A stretch of DNA of 64,000 nt from Podarcis vaucheri (Eukaryota): the NCBI GenBank assembly GCA_965113315.1, contig OZ220366.1; one strand, 5' to 3'. The position numbers and the translations under genes are program-made. The notes under the pieces are model-generated. The model was not told the origin of the DNA. It did no database searches and saw only the letters and a program-made list of their open reading frames with translations. Positions 12,964 through 25,709 of the stretch are shown one piece after another. Every line of letters begins with the position of its first letter. The first letter of the stretch is position 1.

Positions 12964-13348
12964 TGTACAATTCCTATAACTTTATAAACTGCTACAACCT
13001 GTCTGCCTTGTTTCAAATCCATAAATTAAAAACAAAAGGGGGGGGGGGAGAAAGCACATGAAGCAGAAAGAGTAACTGGGACAGAGCATCCCACTTCCAC
13101 CCTCCTACTTCAGATACATGTACTTTTCAAGGGAGAAAAAAAAAGAACAGCCCTTGCCACCTCATGAGATGGACAGTGAATGGGACTAGCTCTGAGGCTT
13201 CATGGGTACCAGGGTAGGACCTTCCATAACCATCATATTGATCACACTTGGGATAAGGGAGTATTGGCAACAGGAAAATGTATTTTAGAAATGTGGAGAT
13301 GGTACCATACATTCAGAGCTAAACTGTGTACTATATGTTATTCAATAC

Positions 13349-13611
13349 TGTTAGGTTGTGGGTGAACATATCAGACGACACAGCGATTCTTCAAACAGCT
13401 ATTGTTTATTCTCAGGCCAGAACAGAACTGACTGAAGGGTTCAGCCAACCTGCTTATATAGAGCTCTACTACAAAGCAGCAGTAACAAGATTCTGTAACT
13501 ATCCAATCACTGAACGTTACTTTCAATTCCTTATTTGCATATGTGGACCTGAGTGAAAACTATCTACAGTATCCCCCTGCTGGCCCAGGGTGAGAACTTC
13601 AGTACACAACA
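13349..13611 (-). mobile_element. Solo LTR (263 bp) of an LTR retrotransposon
   Basis: TGTT...AACA termini, 5-bp TSD AATAC; reverse complement of 56885-57147. Confidence 0.85.
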
Positions 13612-13615
13612 AATA

Positions 13616-13851
13616 CAGTGGTACCTCTGGTTATGAACTTAATTCGTTCCGAAGGTCCATTCTTAACCTGAAACCATTCTTAACCTGAGATACCACTTTA
13701 GCTAATGGGGCCTCCTGCTGCCGCCATGCTGCCGTCGTGCGATTTCTGTTCTCATCCTGAGGTAAAGTCTTGAGGTACTACTTCCAGGTTAGAGGAGTCT
13801 GTAACCTGAAGTGTTTGTAACCCGAGGTATTTGTAACCTGAGGTACCACTG
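13616..13851. mobile_element. Tc1/mariner (pogo/Tigger-like) MITE
   Basis: TIR CAGTGGTACCTC...GAGGTACCACTG with TA duplication; same family as 37737 and 41524 in opposite orientation. Confidence 0.88.
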
Positions 13852-14367
13852 TACTACTTAATATATTGCGACCTCTTAAGAGTATGACAGTGTTGGCTCC
13901 TTTGTTTCTAATGGGTTTCGCGTAACCCGAAGGGAGAAGAAAATGTTGACATCGTACCTGGCTTGTTTTGCACCCTGGAAGTTTAAGCTTTATGATGTCA
14001 GTTTAATAACAACAAATACAGCACCTTCTGAGTGCTTTGTATAGTTACCTTATTATTAACCCCATACTGTGGAGAGGAAAGAGTGAGGTTGGGAGGTGGC
14101 AGTTTGCCTTAGGCAACTTGCCCAGTGAATACCTGAGATAAGATTTGAACCACACATACGCCAATTCATATGTACAGAAGATCGGTCTCATGTAGTCCAG
14201 GAAGCACTGTTGGGAATCTTTCTGACCAGTTTGTATCTGCTGGAGATGCAGTATATGTAAAAAAATAAAAATAAAATAAACCATAGGGAGACAAATAAAC
14301 ATAAAGTTTATGCAGTACTTATTTTCTGATCAGTTCTAAATTGAGAGCAAGTATGGTGCAATAGAGT

Positions 14368-14723
14368 GGGACGTGGGTGGCGCTGTGGGTTAAACCACAG
14401 AGCCTTGGGCTTGCCGATCAGAAGGTCGGCGGTTCGAATCCCCGCAATGGGGTGAGCTCCCGTTGCTCCGTCTCTGCTCCTGCCAACCTAGCAGTTTGAA
14501 AGCACGTCAAAGTGCAAGTAGATAAATAGGTACCGCTCTGGAGGGAAGGTAAACGGCATTTCCGTGTGCTGCTCTGGTTTTCCAGAAGTGGCTTAGTCAT
14601 GCTGGCCACATGACCCAGAAGCTGTACGCTGGCTACCTCGGCCAATAAAGCGAGATGAGCGCCGCAACCCCAGAGTCGGCCACGACTGGACCTAATGGTC
14701 AGGGGTCCCTTTACCTTTACCTT
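14368..14723 (+). mobile_element. Full-length Sauria SINE
   Basis: GGGACGTGGGTGGCGCTGTGG head, GGTTCGAATCCC B box, (ACCTTT)n tail, 15-bp TSD TATGGTGCAATAGAG (14352-14366, 14724-14738). Inserted into an older tRNA-derived SINE remnant that runs to ~14800. Confidence 0.95.
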
Positions 14724-16823
14724 TATGGTGCAATAGAGCATTGAATTAGAACCTGGGAAACCAAGGTTCAAATTCCCACTCAGCCATGAAGCTTACTGGA
14801 TGAAGAAAACAGGAGGAAAAAGGTTTAAAACAGAAACCATCAACAATATAGTAAATAATTATTTGTCCTTTGAAACTGCCACCACGGCTGACATTATCTG
14901 CAGGGAGAAGAAACAATGCAATTATAATTTTGTAATGTCACAGTGGAATGACTGAACAAGCAAATATTCCTCTTTCAAGCTGTTCTGTATTCTGTAAAGA
15001 AGTAAACCCCTGCCCTGTCCTTGGATTTGAGTTGTACATACGTACCTATAGTTTACAGGGATGGTGATTTCATAAAACTGTAGTTTGTTTTACAGAACAG
15101 TCTTGACCCCAGATTTGCAGGCTGAAGGGGGTTAGGATGAGAACATTGTCCGGGAGGGAAGTTTCAGGAAAAAATCCCCCCCCCCCGTAATCTTTTTACT
15201 TCGTCCACCAGCCCTTCACATCTCTATACCTTCAAGATCTAAGGTTGCTTCAGAATACTGAATGTGTGTGTGTTTGTGTGGACATCGGTTATCATGCTGC
15301 CTGGATAATGGCCTTTTCAAGAGAAACATATTTGGGCAGATCTTAAACTGCATGATTATCTGCAACTGTCCAATTAAAGCCTTTTTCCTTCTTAGAAGGC
15401 TGATTAATCTCACTGACCTCAGCCATCTCTTTCTAATTAGGAAGCTAGAAGAAAGCTAAAGCTACTGTAAAAGTTTCATGTGATCCTGTTGAATTGACAG
15501 CATGGCTTCCCAATAAGAATGGCTAATAATGGAATTTGTAACAGTGTTTACAATAAAGCTGTTCTCCTTAGGAAAACCACAGAAGGAAAGTATGCTTGAT
15601 TCATCTAAATAAAAGGCTTTGAAAGGTTTTATTGGTTGCAAAAGGATGGAAAAAGAATGGGATGGAATTCTTTGTTTTTGGATAGCTTTCTATTGCTAAA
15701 TGTAGAAAAGTGTGTCATGCATGGAAACGTGTGATTATGGCTAGAGATAGGGGTGACAAGTTACATTTGGGTCGAATCAGGTCACAACTTTATTGACCAG
15801 AGATGTAAGAGGAAATCATGGCTTTGCTAAAGCTACCACCCCCACCCCACCCCCGTGAACAACAGGAAGGGGGATGCACATCCCTGAGGGCAGTTATTAT
15901 TGGCATATAATTGATCACATTAATCTCTACTCTTACAGTCCATGCATATTTATTTTATTGGGGATTTCAGCTCCCCCCCCATTTCAGCTTCAATATTCTC
16001 CCTTTCATTTTTTATTTGTGTATTTCTTTACCACGATTTCCTTCCTTTTATTTGGTGGCAGTCTGTACTGCAATCCATAATTTTCTTGCTTTCCTCCAGC
16101 AGCTAAAAGGGGTCTTAGCAGTGCAAGATCATTGCTGTGAAAGGAAAAAAATGCCCAAGAATTGCTGTCAATTTCACGCTGTCTCAGAACTGCATTTTAT
16201 CAGAAAGAGGCCAATTCTATTGGGCTTATAGCTTCCTAAAGCCCAGTTAAAAACCACTGGTAAAACTGGATAGTTTTAGTTTCCTCCCTACCCATCCCAC
16301 CTCAGATACACATGCCACCATTTTAATTTTCAGGTGGGTAATTGGGGAGATGATGTGCATATCTCTAAGGCTGTGTTCACCCTATTCCCTTTTGCTCCCT
16401 TTATTTTTTCATTCTATCTTGTCTGCCATTTGTACCCCTTTATTGTTGCGCTGCTTTTTTTGTAGAATGCAAATTCAGAGGGCAATGTGGGAATAATAAG
16501 GGCAAGAAGCATGGTAAGGAACAAATGACTGATAGGCTTAATTTCTGTTGAGCAGAGCTACTAGCCAGCTAAGATACCTGCTCAGAAGTAGAGGTACCAA
16601 AAGGGAGTTATGCTGTAGTGCTATAATGCTTTATGCAAGTTTGGGTTGTGCTGAGACAGCTTGTTCCACAGTGGATCCAGTGCTCCCAGCAACAGCAAAA
16701 ATATTTAAGTATTTCCCATGTGGCCTTGTTGCTGTCCCAGACACTTATGCTGAAGAAAGCCCTTGTCTAGATGCACCTTTAGTGCCTCTTCAATGAAACA
16801 CTGACATTTCCACTTAAAAATAC

Positions 16824-16992
16824 CAGTGGCGTAGCGTGGGTTGTCAGCACCCGGGGCAAGGCAAGTAATTTGCACCCCCTAACCCGTGGATTTGCATCCC
16901 CTAACCCATGGATTTCCGCCCCCTAACCCTAACCCCCAGATGTTGCGCCTGGTGCAGCCGGCCCCCCCTGCACCCCCCACGTTACGCCACTG
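16824..16992. mobile_element. hAT-type MITE with CCCTAACCC repeats
   Basis: TIR CAGTGGCGTAGCGTGGG / CCCACGTTACGCCACTG, perfect 8-bp TSD AAAAATAC (16816-16823, 16993-17000). Confidence 0.92.
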
Positions 16993-17966
16993 AAAAATAC
17001 ACAACTAGGGGCTCCACCTAGGAATCTCAAGCCTCCCCAGGCAACTCTACATTCTCCCCAAACCACACTCCTCAATGGTCCTGCATTCAACCCCATGTGT
17101 TTTTTCCTGGCTAGTATGTTCATTTGAACTCTGATGATGCCTCTTGCTTGTCCAGATGGAAGATAGAGAGGGGTGTGTGAGTGTGTACAGCCTACTGTGG
17201 AAAGGTAAACATTTACACAGATAGGCCTGGTGGGCCTATCTGACATTACCCACCATACGCATGTGGCCCATGGAAGATGGCTCAGATTTACAGTAGCCAT
17301 CTGGCTGAAAAATTCTCTTCATCCCTGACCTAGGGCCAAGTGCGGTCAACTATCTTGGGACATGGCCTAGGAAAAACGCTATCAGTGGTGTCAGTTTTAC
17401 AAAGTCCTCACGGGTCTTTCCTTCTACTGCTTCTGGAATTCCCTTTCTGTTGTGTTGTCCTCCTTTAAGCTCTCTATACCGCCTCAGCTTCTCCTATTGT
17501 TTATGTGGCCCTACTTTGCCTTGAGTAGAGCAAGTTGTGCGTAAAGGCAGCGGTAGAAAGCTCCTGAAGTTAAAAGGTCAATAAGAGATCCTCATTTGCT
17601 GTGCATAATTTAGATCTGAGTTAATATTTGTAAAGGCCAGCTCACCCCACCTCTTATTCCGTTGCGCCAGATATCCCCCATGATCGTTTGGGAAATGTGG
17701 CCCTGGGTCGGGGGGGGGCATTTGGATTTGGCATGGTGGATCGCAGGATTCTTTAGAGATGCTATCTGAGTGTCAATGAAAGTATTGTGGGCTTTTTCAT
17801 AGGCAAGACCTTCCTTCAGTGAAGGCATGTTGTGAAAGCATTTGCCAGGGTTCATGCATCTGATGTAGAAGGGTATTGATGATGCTAGCTCATGCCACAA
17901 TATAAGGTGTCACAGGATTCTGTTTTTGCTGCTGCTGACTCACGTGGCTACTCTTGGTTTCTGAAT

Positions 17967-18108
17967 NNNNNNNNNNNNNNNNNNNNNNNNNNNNNNNNNN
18001 NNNNNNNNNNNNNNNNNNNNNNNNNNNNNNNNNNNNNNNNNNNNNNNNNNNNNNNNNNNNNNNNNNNNNNNNNNNNNNNNNNNNNNNNNNNNNNNNNNNN
18101 NNNNNNNN
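17967..18108. other. Assembly gap (142 N)
   Basis: Run of n. Confidence 1.
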
Positions 18109-18646
18109 GGACACAGCTAGGAATATAACCAGAGGTCCTTTTGGCACAAAAATATCAATGTGCTAGAATTAGGTCATGCTCCCCATCCTATTTCCTGTGT
18201 ACAGTTATCTGACCCTGGCACAAACATTGGTCCCCCTAAAGGGAGGCGATCTGGTAAGGCATCTGCTGTAGCCCTAAAGCTTTAAAATGAAAGGCTTCTT
18301 AGTTTATAGAAGAAATCTGTCTTCCAGCAGCCTTGAATGATCCACATTTTTCACTTTAGGCAGGTTACAGTTTCTGCTACATCTACAGTAATGGTAAAGA
18401 GGACGATGCTTTTTTTATTTATTTTAAAGACACATATCTTTCAGTGATTTTCTTCTTAAGCTATATGTGAAAACAGGACATTTTGCAGACAAGCTACTGC
18501 AAAAGAGGACTCTCAGTTGTGTAGACGAAGCAGTTTCGGCAGGAAAAGCTTCCATGCAGGAATGACAAAGTGGCATTTTCCAAAATTCCCTTTCTGCAAC
18601 CGTATAAGAACCTTTGTGTCTGGTTACTGTTCTGAGATGACACTGA

Positions 18647-18764
18647 AGGACTGTAGCTCAGTGGCGGAGCACACACTTCGCTTGCCAAATATTCAAGGTT
18701 CAACCCTTGGCATTGCCAGATAGGGAAAGACCTCTGTCTCAGACCCTGGAGGTCCATTGTCAGT
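18647..18764 (+). mobile_element. Degenerate tRNA-derived SINE (Squam2-like), 5' part
   Basis: A box TAGCTCAGTGG, B-box-like GGTTCAACCC, then gggaaagacc...accctggag body. Confidence 0.65.
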
Positions 18765-20995
18765 TACAGGGTAAGTTGGACCTATGCTTGACATGTTCCA
18801 AAGAAAAAGGGGTAGCTTCTGATTTTGCCATGAATCAGGCTGCATACACAGGCATCCATTTAAAGTGCACAGCTTCCCCCAAGGAACCCTGGCAGCTCCA
18901 GTTTACCCCTCATAGGGCTACAATTCCCAGCTCACTTTAAAGCTACAGTTCCCAAGATTCTTGTGGAGAAGTCATGTCAATTAAAGGTGGTTTGAATGTA
19001 TGGTCTAAGTTACATTTGGTCACTCCACATCTGGCCTTAGCACAAATCATACTACTCGACAGTTGTCCATTGGCAGTTTTGCTCAGAACAGCTGCCTTAC
19101 ATCTCTTTATAGCCAACGGGATTTTAAAAGACGCCCAGTTGACTCTATTAAATTTAGCCTGCCTTATTAAAAATTTCACCCCTTCCCTTAATTTTGCTGA
19201 CTGCAGGACTTTTTCCTCTGCTTCCATTTATATGTGTAATTAGTAGGTGTGTGTGTTTTAAACCCACAAAAAGTGTGCTTCACTTGTCAGCTATTCACTA
19301 ATACAGTAATAGATTACACCTGTTACAAATAATGGTGGAGTAACATTTGTCTGGCTGATAAGAAGCTTAAACCTTGAAATATTTCCTTAAGGTTCCTTTT
19401 TAATGTTAGGCTGTTTGTAAAGGGATCATGGGGCCAGTGTTTTAAGTAGTGCAACGTGCTCCATGAGTTTGGTGCAGTGCAGCAGGCTTGTATAATATTA
19501 GTGCTTTCTTCAAGCAAGCTTTGGATCTTAGCACTACTTGGAGAGATGGAAAACATCCAGGATTTTGCTGTGATGTTAAAAACTGCACCGACTACTGAGT
19601 TTCTGGAACGTATTTGTTCTTGAAAAGTCCACTGTTTCTTTCACCGGGAAGCAGTTTTAACTAGCTGCTTACAAAATTATAACTAAGATATGTTGCATTG
19701 AGAATAGGACTGTCTCCATATTATAAGCAAGTACTGCAGGAAGCCTTTAGTCATAGGATTATTAAGGAAAAGTAGACATATTGACTCTCAATGTATTTAC
19801 TTACAGGTGCATACTTTTTGTATGCTGACTAACCACTGATGCCTTGCACATGTAAACCAGACATAAAGTTTATTCACCACTGATGGTATTTTCTAACCAA
19901 CTCATGACAAAACATACCATGTCATCCTGTAATCCTGGAAAGCCACTACCAGTCAATATAATTCAGAGCTGGGTGGACTGGTGTTCTGGCTACGTAGAAG
20001 GCTTCTTTCCTTCCATGTTGCTGTGTTAACAGTTTTCCAGGAGACCTTTATCCTATACCTGCTTTGCCTCCAAACATTTTTCTGTTTACACATGATGCAA
20101 CCAATCTAATTTGCAAGGACCCTTCACCCTGCATCAATTTCTTCCTTTGCCAATTTTAGCCTTATTTTAAGAACCAGGCCATTTCTTTTCCTCACAGAAG
20201 AGAAAGGCATAAAAAATGATAAGCAATATCTTTTACAGTCTTCGCCCGTGTATTGGCAAGATATTGCATTGTGCTCTTCCTTTCCCTGAGCAATGTGACA
20301 TTAAGCGGGGCCATTGATGGGTAAATTTATTTTGAAGAAGAAAGCACAGGAGATTTACAGTGCCTTGTAATATTCTTACTGCTTTACAAAAGCACAGCGG
20401 GATATGTGCATATCTGCCAGGTAAAAATGAAAAGCATTTGTAACTTTCTCTATGAGTTTTCAGAAACTAATGAAGATAATGGGGTTGTATCCAGATTAGC
20501 TCCTAGAAGCTTCTCAGCAGGCAACAAAAACCACACACCCTGGGCAGGGCGGAGGAGGGGTGTGTGGTGGGGGTGAACCACCCCGGATGTCTTCGCTGAG
20601 GGGGTGACATTTGGCGCGCCACCCACCCGCAACTCCCAAGCCTACCCCGAGCCATTGGGGTAAGGAGGGAAGCTGTGCTGCTTTGCTGGCAGCACTCCCC
20701 CCTTCCCCCTTCATTTTGACAGCTTGTGGGAGGATTGGGAGTAGCGGGTGGGGGTGCGCTGAATGTCCGCCATCGGCGGCTCACTCCACCCCTGGCTGCA
20801 GGGCACACGTACCACTCCGTGCACCCGAGCAGCTATCCCACACCTGGGAGGGCACCCTCTGCACCCCGCCCCCCTCAGGAACATGCTCCACCCCCCTTGG
20901 GAGCATACCTGGCTAAATGAGATGAAGGTAGATGATGGGTCTCAAACCCTCAGTGAGTTAGGGACTTCCTGTGTTTCTATGTTATTTGATGTTTA

Positions 20996-21301
20996 AAGGG
21001 TAAAGGGACAAACGACTCTTGGGTTGCGGTGCTCATCTCACCGGCATACAGCTTCCGGGTCATGTGGCCAGCATGACTAAGCCACTTCTGGCGAACCAGA
21101 GCAGCGCATGGAAACGCCGTTTACCTTCCCGCCGAAGCGGTACCTTTTTATCTACTTGGACTTTGAAGTGCTTTCGAACTGCTAGGTTGGCAGGAGCTGG
21201 GATGGAGCAACGGGAGCTCACCGCATCATGGGGATTCGAACCGCTGACCTTCTGATCGGCAAGCCCTAGGCTCTGTGGTTTAGACCACAGTGCCACCTGC
21301 G
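20996..21301 (-). mobile_element. Sauria SINE with internal deletions
   Basis: Reverse complement of the 14368 copy; 11-bp TSD TTTGATGTTTA (20985-20995, 21302-21312). Confidence 0.92.
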
Positions 21302-22148
21302 TTTGATGTTTAGAGGCCAACTAATTATGAATGGCTGCATCATTATTGGTATGGTGATATAAAAGGCAAATCCCAACTTAAACAAGGGTGTGTCTGGAAA
21401 GGCAACACTAGTCCTGTTTGTTTCAAGTGTCATTTGCTATTGTTATCTGGTGGTACGTTGTTATTTGGTGGCATTTGTATCTTGCTATTCAACATAAAAA
21501 TTACAAAATTTCATACTAAGAATAAACACTTCAATCCAGCACAAGGGAAATATAAACTCGTATTGCTCTTCTATAAATGATTCTGCATGTTTAAAAAATT
21601 TAAAAAATTCTGCTAAGCAGAAAGGAAAAAAAATAAGATTGCAGTAGGAGGAGTGGCTGGGGTGAAGGAGGATCGGCTGCAGAACTGACTGTGGATCAGG
21701 GCAGAGCATGCACATTCCACTACTGTACACAAGGATCTTTGGGCACAGCTGCAGTTTAAGGATTCAGTGTTAAACTCCACATGAAACCAGATTGAAGTGG
21801 ACCTAGATACCAGCAGATATTTTCAGTGGCAGAATATGAAGCAAAATGTAGAACGTCAGAATAAAATACAACATAGACAGAGTGAGAGGAATTTCTAAGT
21901 GTCCTGTTATTGATCTCATTCATCTCTGCTGCCCGATACAAAATAGATGAACTAAGCCTTAAAAAGATTCCTGATTCGATCATTGTTAAATGAGTACTAC
22001 TGTATTTAACTGGTTTTGCTGCATTGCATGGATTTACTGCACAATAATGAATAGAAGGTGACCAGATTTTAAGGAAATCTTGTTTTCTTTCATTGGATTC
22101 AATTCACTCCTATGTTGTGTTATATATTCCCCATAAAATGGCCGAATC

Positions 22149-22328
22149 AAGACCTTTCAAGCGTCCCTGTTTTTCAGGGACAGCGCAGGATTTACAGAAG
22201 CCGTCTGGGTTTCTGATTTGATCATGGAATATCCTGCTTTCCCTTAGGACACCCCTATTTTCATCAGAGAAGTGTTGAAGGGTATGGTAGGATGTCCCTA
22301 TTTTTATTGGATAAATGTTGGTGGTATG
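22149..22328 (-). mobile_element. hAT-like MITE with two internal direct sub-repeats
   Basis: Reverse complement of 56096-56234 and of 55424-55444. Confidence 0.65.
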
Positions 22329-23029
22329 TCAGTCTTGCCCCCATTTTATACATTGATTTACTCTTGCATGATTAAATAGTTTATTCAGTTCTTAAGAGCA
22401 ATCCTTTACGTGTCTAGTCAGAAGTAAGGTCCATTGACTTCAATGTGTTTTACTCCCAGATGAGTACAGGACTGCAGCCCAAATGTACCAGCGCTTGAAG
22501 TTTCCACGAAATCTTCCTGCCCTCGCTATTATTATTATTTATGTTTAAGCTCACCCTGTAATAATACTGTATAAAATTGTATAATTTTAATAACAGCATG
22601 AATTACTGCACAAACAGCTCTTCGGGGAATTATACACCAGACTTTAATTACAGACACTTTCCAGTTCAGATGCTTGAAAATGGAGAGTAACAGAGAAAAT
22701 TCCAACTATTCTCTTGCTCCAAGCAATTCCTCTATTTAATAATTAAAGTATTAACAGCATAATGTGACAAGTGCATATGCATGTAAATGCAACATTAGAC
22801 ACTGGCTTAACCTTGATTGTATAAATCAGCCTGAATTGGTGTGTTTGGTAAAGAAATCACGTACAAGGGATCATACAAGTGAATTGATCAAAATAATTCT
22901 ATCATTAAATAATATGATGGTGCATAGTTGTCTATCAGTCTACTATTAGTTAGCTTGATCTGGAAAGTTCCAAAGGTTCCCTTTATCTCACATTCTGTCT
23001 GAACATACTAGCACAAATGTATCTTAATT

Positions 23030-23278
23030 TAGGACTGTCATATGTCCAGATTTTCTTGGACATTACCGGGATTTCAAAGGCAGTAACTGACATTTAGTGG
23101 GGGGGGGGGACTTCCAAAAGGTGGTGCTTTGTCCTGGATCTTAGGCAAGTCAGTAAAAAAATTGCTTTTATTTTGGCGTTCTTGTTTTAAAAAGCTGAAT
23201 GCTGGGGTCTTCCTACTAAAAAAGCTGAACAACCTTCAGGGTGCCCTGGTTTTTACTTTTTGAAATATGGCAACCCTA
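23030..23278. mobile_element. Old hAT (Blackjack/Tip100-like) MITE
   Basis: TAGGACTGTCATAT...ATATGGCAACCCTA imperfect TIRs, flanked by duplicated CTTAATT. Confidence 0.6.
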
Positions 23279-25592
23279 CTTAATTCCCTTCTGCTCTGTC
23301 ATAATATGTCATGGGAGAACAATGTAGCATTGCAATCATTTTTGTATTTTAATATGGTCAATGTATGTGTAAATTGGTCTTGCACATCTCAGTCCCACAA
23401 TTCCTTGACTGTTCAAAGCCCTCCGGTGCCTGCATGTGACCTCACCATACCTCAGAGCACCCCATTAGCATCAGTGTAAGACAATTTACTCCATTTACAC
23501 AAAGGGTCATGTTTAATTTAACAGGGAAGCCTTATACCCATCAGTGTCTCATGCTCTGGAGCCAGTAAGTGATCATCCTAAGTGATATTTAAGGCACACT
23601 TATTAAACACTTCATTGAAAGCCACTGTGTTATGGTGGCTCAAGTGTTGGAGTTAGACAATCATTCTACATCCAGGTGAGCTCTGGTAGCTGCTGCGCCT
23701 CAAAATCACCATGTATATGGTCTGTATGTGTGTGAGTATAACATGAGGGAGCCCTGGGACAAACTCTGATAAATAGCAGTGTCCCTGAGGGAGGCAGACA
23801 TTCACTCTTTCCTTCATGGGACTGAGGATTTTAATAGAGATACTAAACTCATCTATCTGCTCATTCATGATAATAGGAAATATATTTATCTTGGAAAAAA
23901 TATATTTCAATTTGCTTGTAACTCTTCCAGAATGTTGGCTTCACAGCGATTTCTCTGCCACAGGCATCACAGATCAGTTTCTGAATCCAAATAAGTTTTA
24001 TTTAACCCTCTCTCCCATCGTAGAGGCGTGAACAGGAAGCATGAGGCAATTGCGCTTCCTGCCTCCCGGCTGCGTCTCTGCCACATCCAAACCCACCCTA
24101 AGATGACATTTTGACGAAGAGATGCATAGGTTGTTTTCTTTACATATTTCTTTACTGTTTATAGGTTGTTTTCTTTACTTTCTATTACTGTGTCAATGGA
24201 TTAATTATTTCTTTATGCAATTTTCATCTAAAGAGGCTTGCTGCTAATTTTCTTCCTGTAGCAGCACTGTTTAATTAGGCAATCACCCGTGTGTCTACAT
24301 GCTGGTAGGAAAAAAAGCGACAGAAATTACACAATGTGTTCATTTAAAACTCTGCAAAAGATACTCTTTAACTAACAAATTAAATGAGGAGGAGGAGGGA
24401 GGGGGAGAAAACTACAGATGAAAATTTCAGAGGCCAGAAGTAATAGGGAAATATCTAGTTAACACACACATTATTAAAATTGTGTTTTCTGGAAGGCCAT
24501 TGCTTAATTTCACACACCACCCTTCCTCATTGTTTCCACTCACTGAATATGCATACTGGTGTGTTCTTTTTTATATAATCCATGGTTGGTATTGTCTTCC
24601 TTCCACACTGATAACCTGTACTGATTTTTGTGTAAATGCATCTTGCTCTGTTCTGTCCACACCAGTGAGTGTGGCATAGCCATGTGGGCAGACGTTTAAG
24701 CACACTCTTTTTAAAATAATTCTTTTTTTAATCCACTAAAGCGCTTTTATATTAAAGTGCTACAGCATATTTAAGTTCAGTAGTTTTTTTAAAAAATGTA
24801 TTTTATTGGTTTTCAACAGTTACACCATAAACATAACATAAAAACCAAAACCAAGCAAGGAGTACAGATTATTGGATTGCCAGTTGCACAGAGTAAAATT
24901 AAGGTACATACTTAATAGTTTCACCGGCTTAATTAGTCCTCTCCATAAAGATACATCCGACACTGGGGGTTGTAATAGCTGTGCTGACTTGCTAATGTGA
25001 TCAATAAACAAAGACCACGTGACTTTAAAAATGGTCCCTCTTTGCCTGTCCATCTATAAGTCTGCTGTGCTGGGTAAAGCAATAAACAGATTGCTGGGAA
25101 ATAAATACAGAGCTAAAATGGTACTGGCTATAAAGGCAGTTCTTTCTTTCTTTTTAAAGTGATATTCTGCAAATAGTTTAGCATCTTAAAAATAAACAAA
25201 ACCAAAGGTGAAAAGGCACTTTTGAACAAATTTTAGAACTTTTTTTTTAAAAAAATTAAGCACACTGATATAATTGATATAATCCAAAAAGATAATGGGC
25301 AGAGCACTCAATCTCCTAGCTAGTGACAATTGGCAGAGGTAGCTGTCCACCTGCAGAGAGCAGCTCTATTGACACAGAAGCCACTTCTGCTGCAGAGGCC
25401 GCTGCAATGCCTATGGAAATCTACCACTGGCATTCTTTCTGCTAGCAATAGCTAGTCTAAGGCCCTGAAATAGGGCACTTGGAAGCCAGAGAGGGATGGA
25501 ACAAAGGTAGCCTTGGATCCATGTGCTCCAAAGCCCCTCCAGAGAGACTCCAGTGTCACGTCCCCTATGCCAGCCTGGAGGTGGTGTAAATA

Positions 25593-25709
25593 AGCATGAG
25601 ACTCTTAATTTCAGAGCTGTGGGTTCTAGCCCCACGTTGGGCAAAATATTCCTGCACTGCAGGGGGTTGGACCTTTGTGGAATCATAACTCTACAGTTCT
25701 CTACGATTC
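25593..25709 (+). mobile_element. tRNA-Lys(CUU)-derived SINE with CR1-type 3' tail (5'-truncated)
   Basis: AGCATGAGACTCTTAATTTCAGAGCTGTGGGTTCTAGCCCCACGTTGGGC closely matches the anticodon/T-arm of vertebrate tRNA-Lys-CTT, followed by ttcctgcactgcagggggttggac as in CR1 tails. Confidence 0.8.

Noticed and set aside
17890-18166. ORFs spanning the N run
   Set aside because: Artefacts of the assembly gap.
20480-20916. GC/CpG-rich patch with several ~100-aa ORFs, possible CpG-island promoter
   Set aside because: Short, with imperfect inverted ends and C/G-run low complexity typical of a GC-rich non-autonomous transposon; no exon evidence.
25593-25642. Possible tRNA-Lys gene
   Set aside because: Lacks the 5' acceptor/D arm, has substitutions, and runs into a CR1 tail; it is a SINE head.
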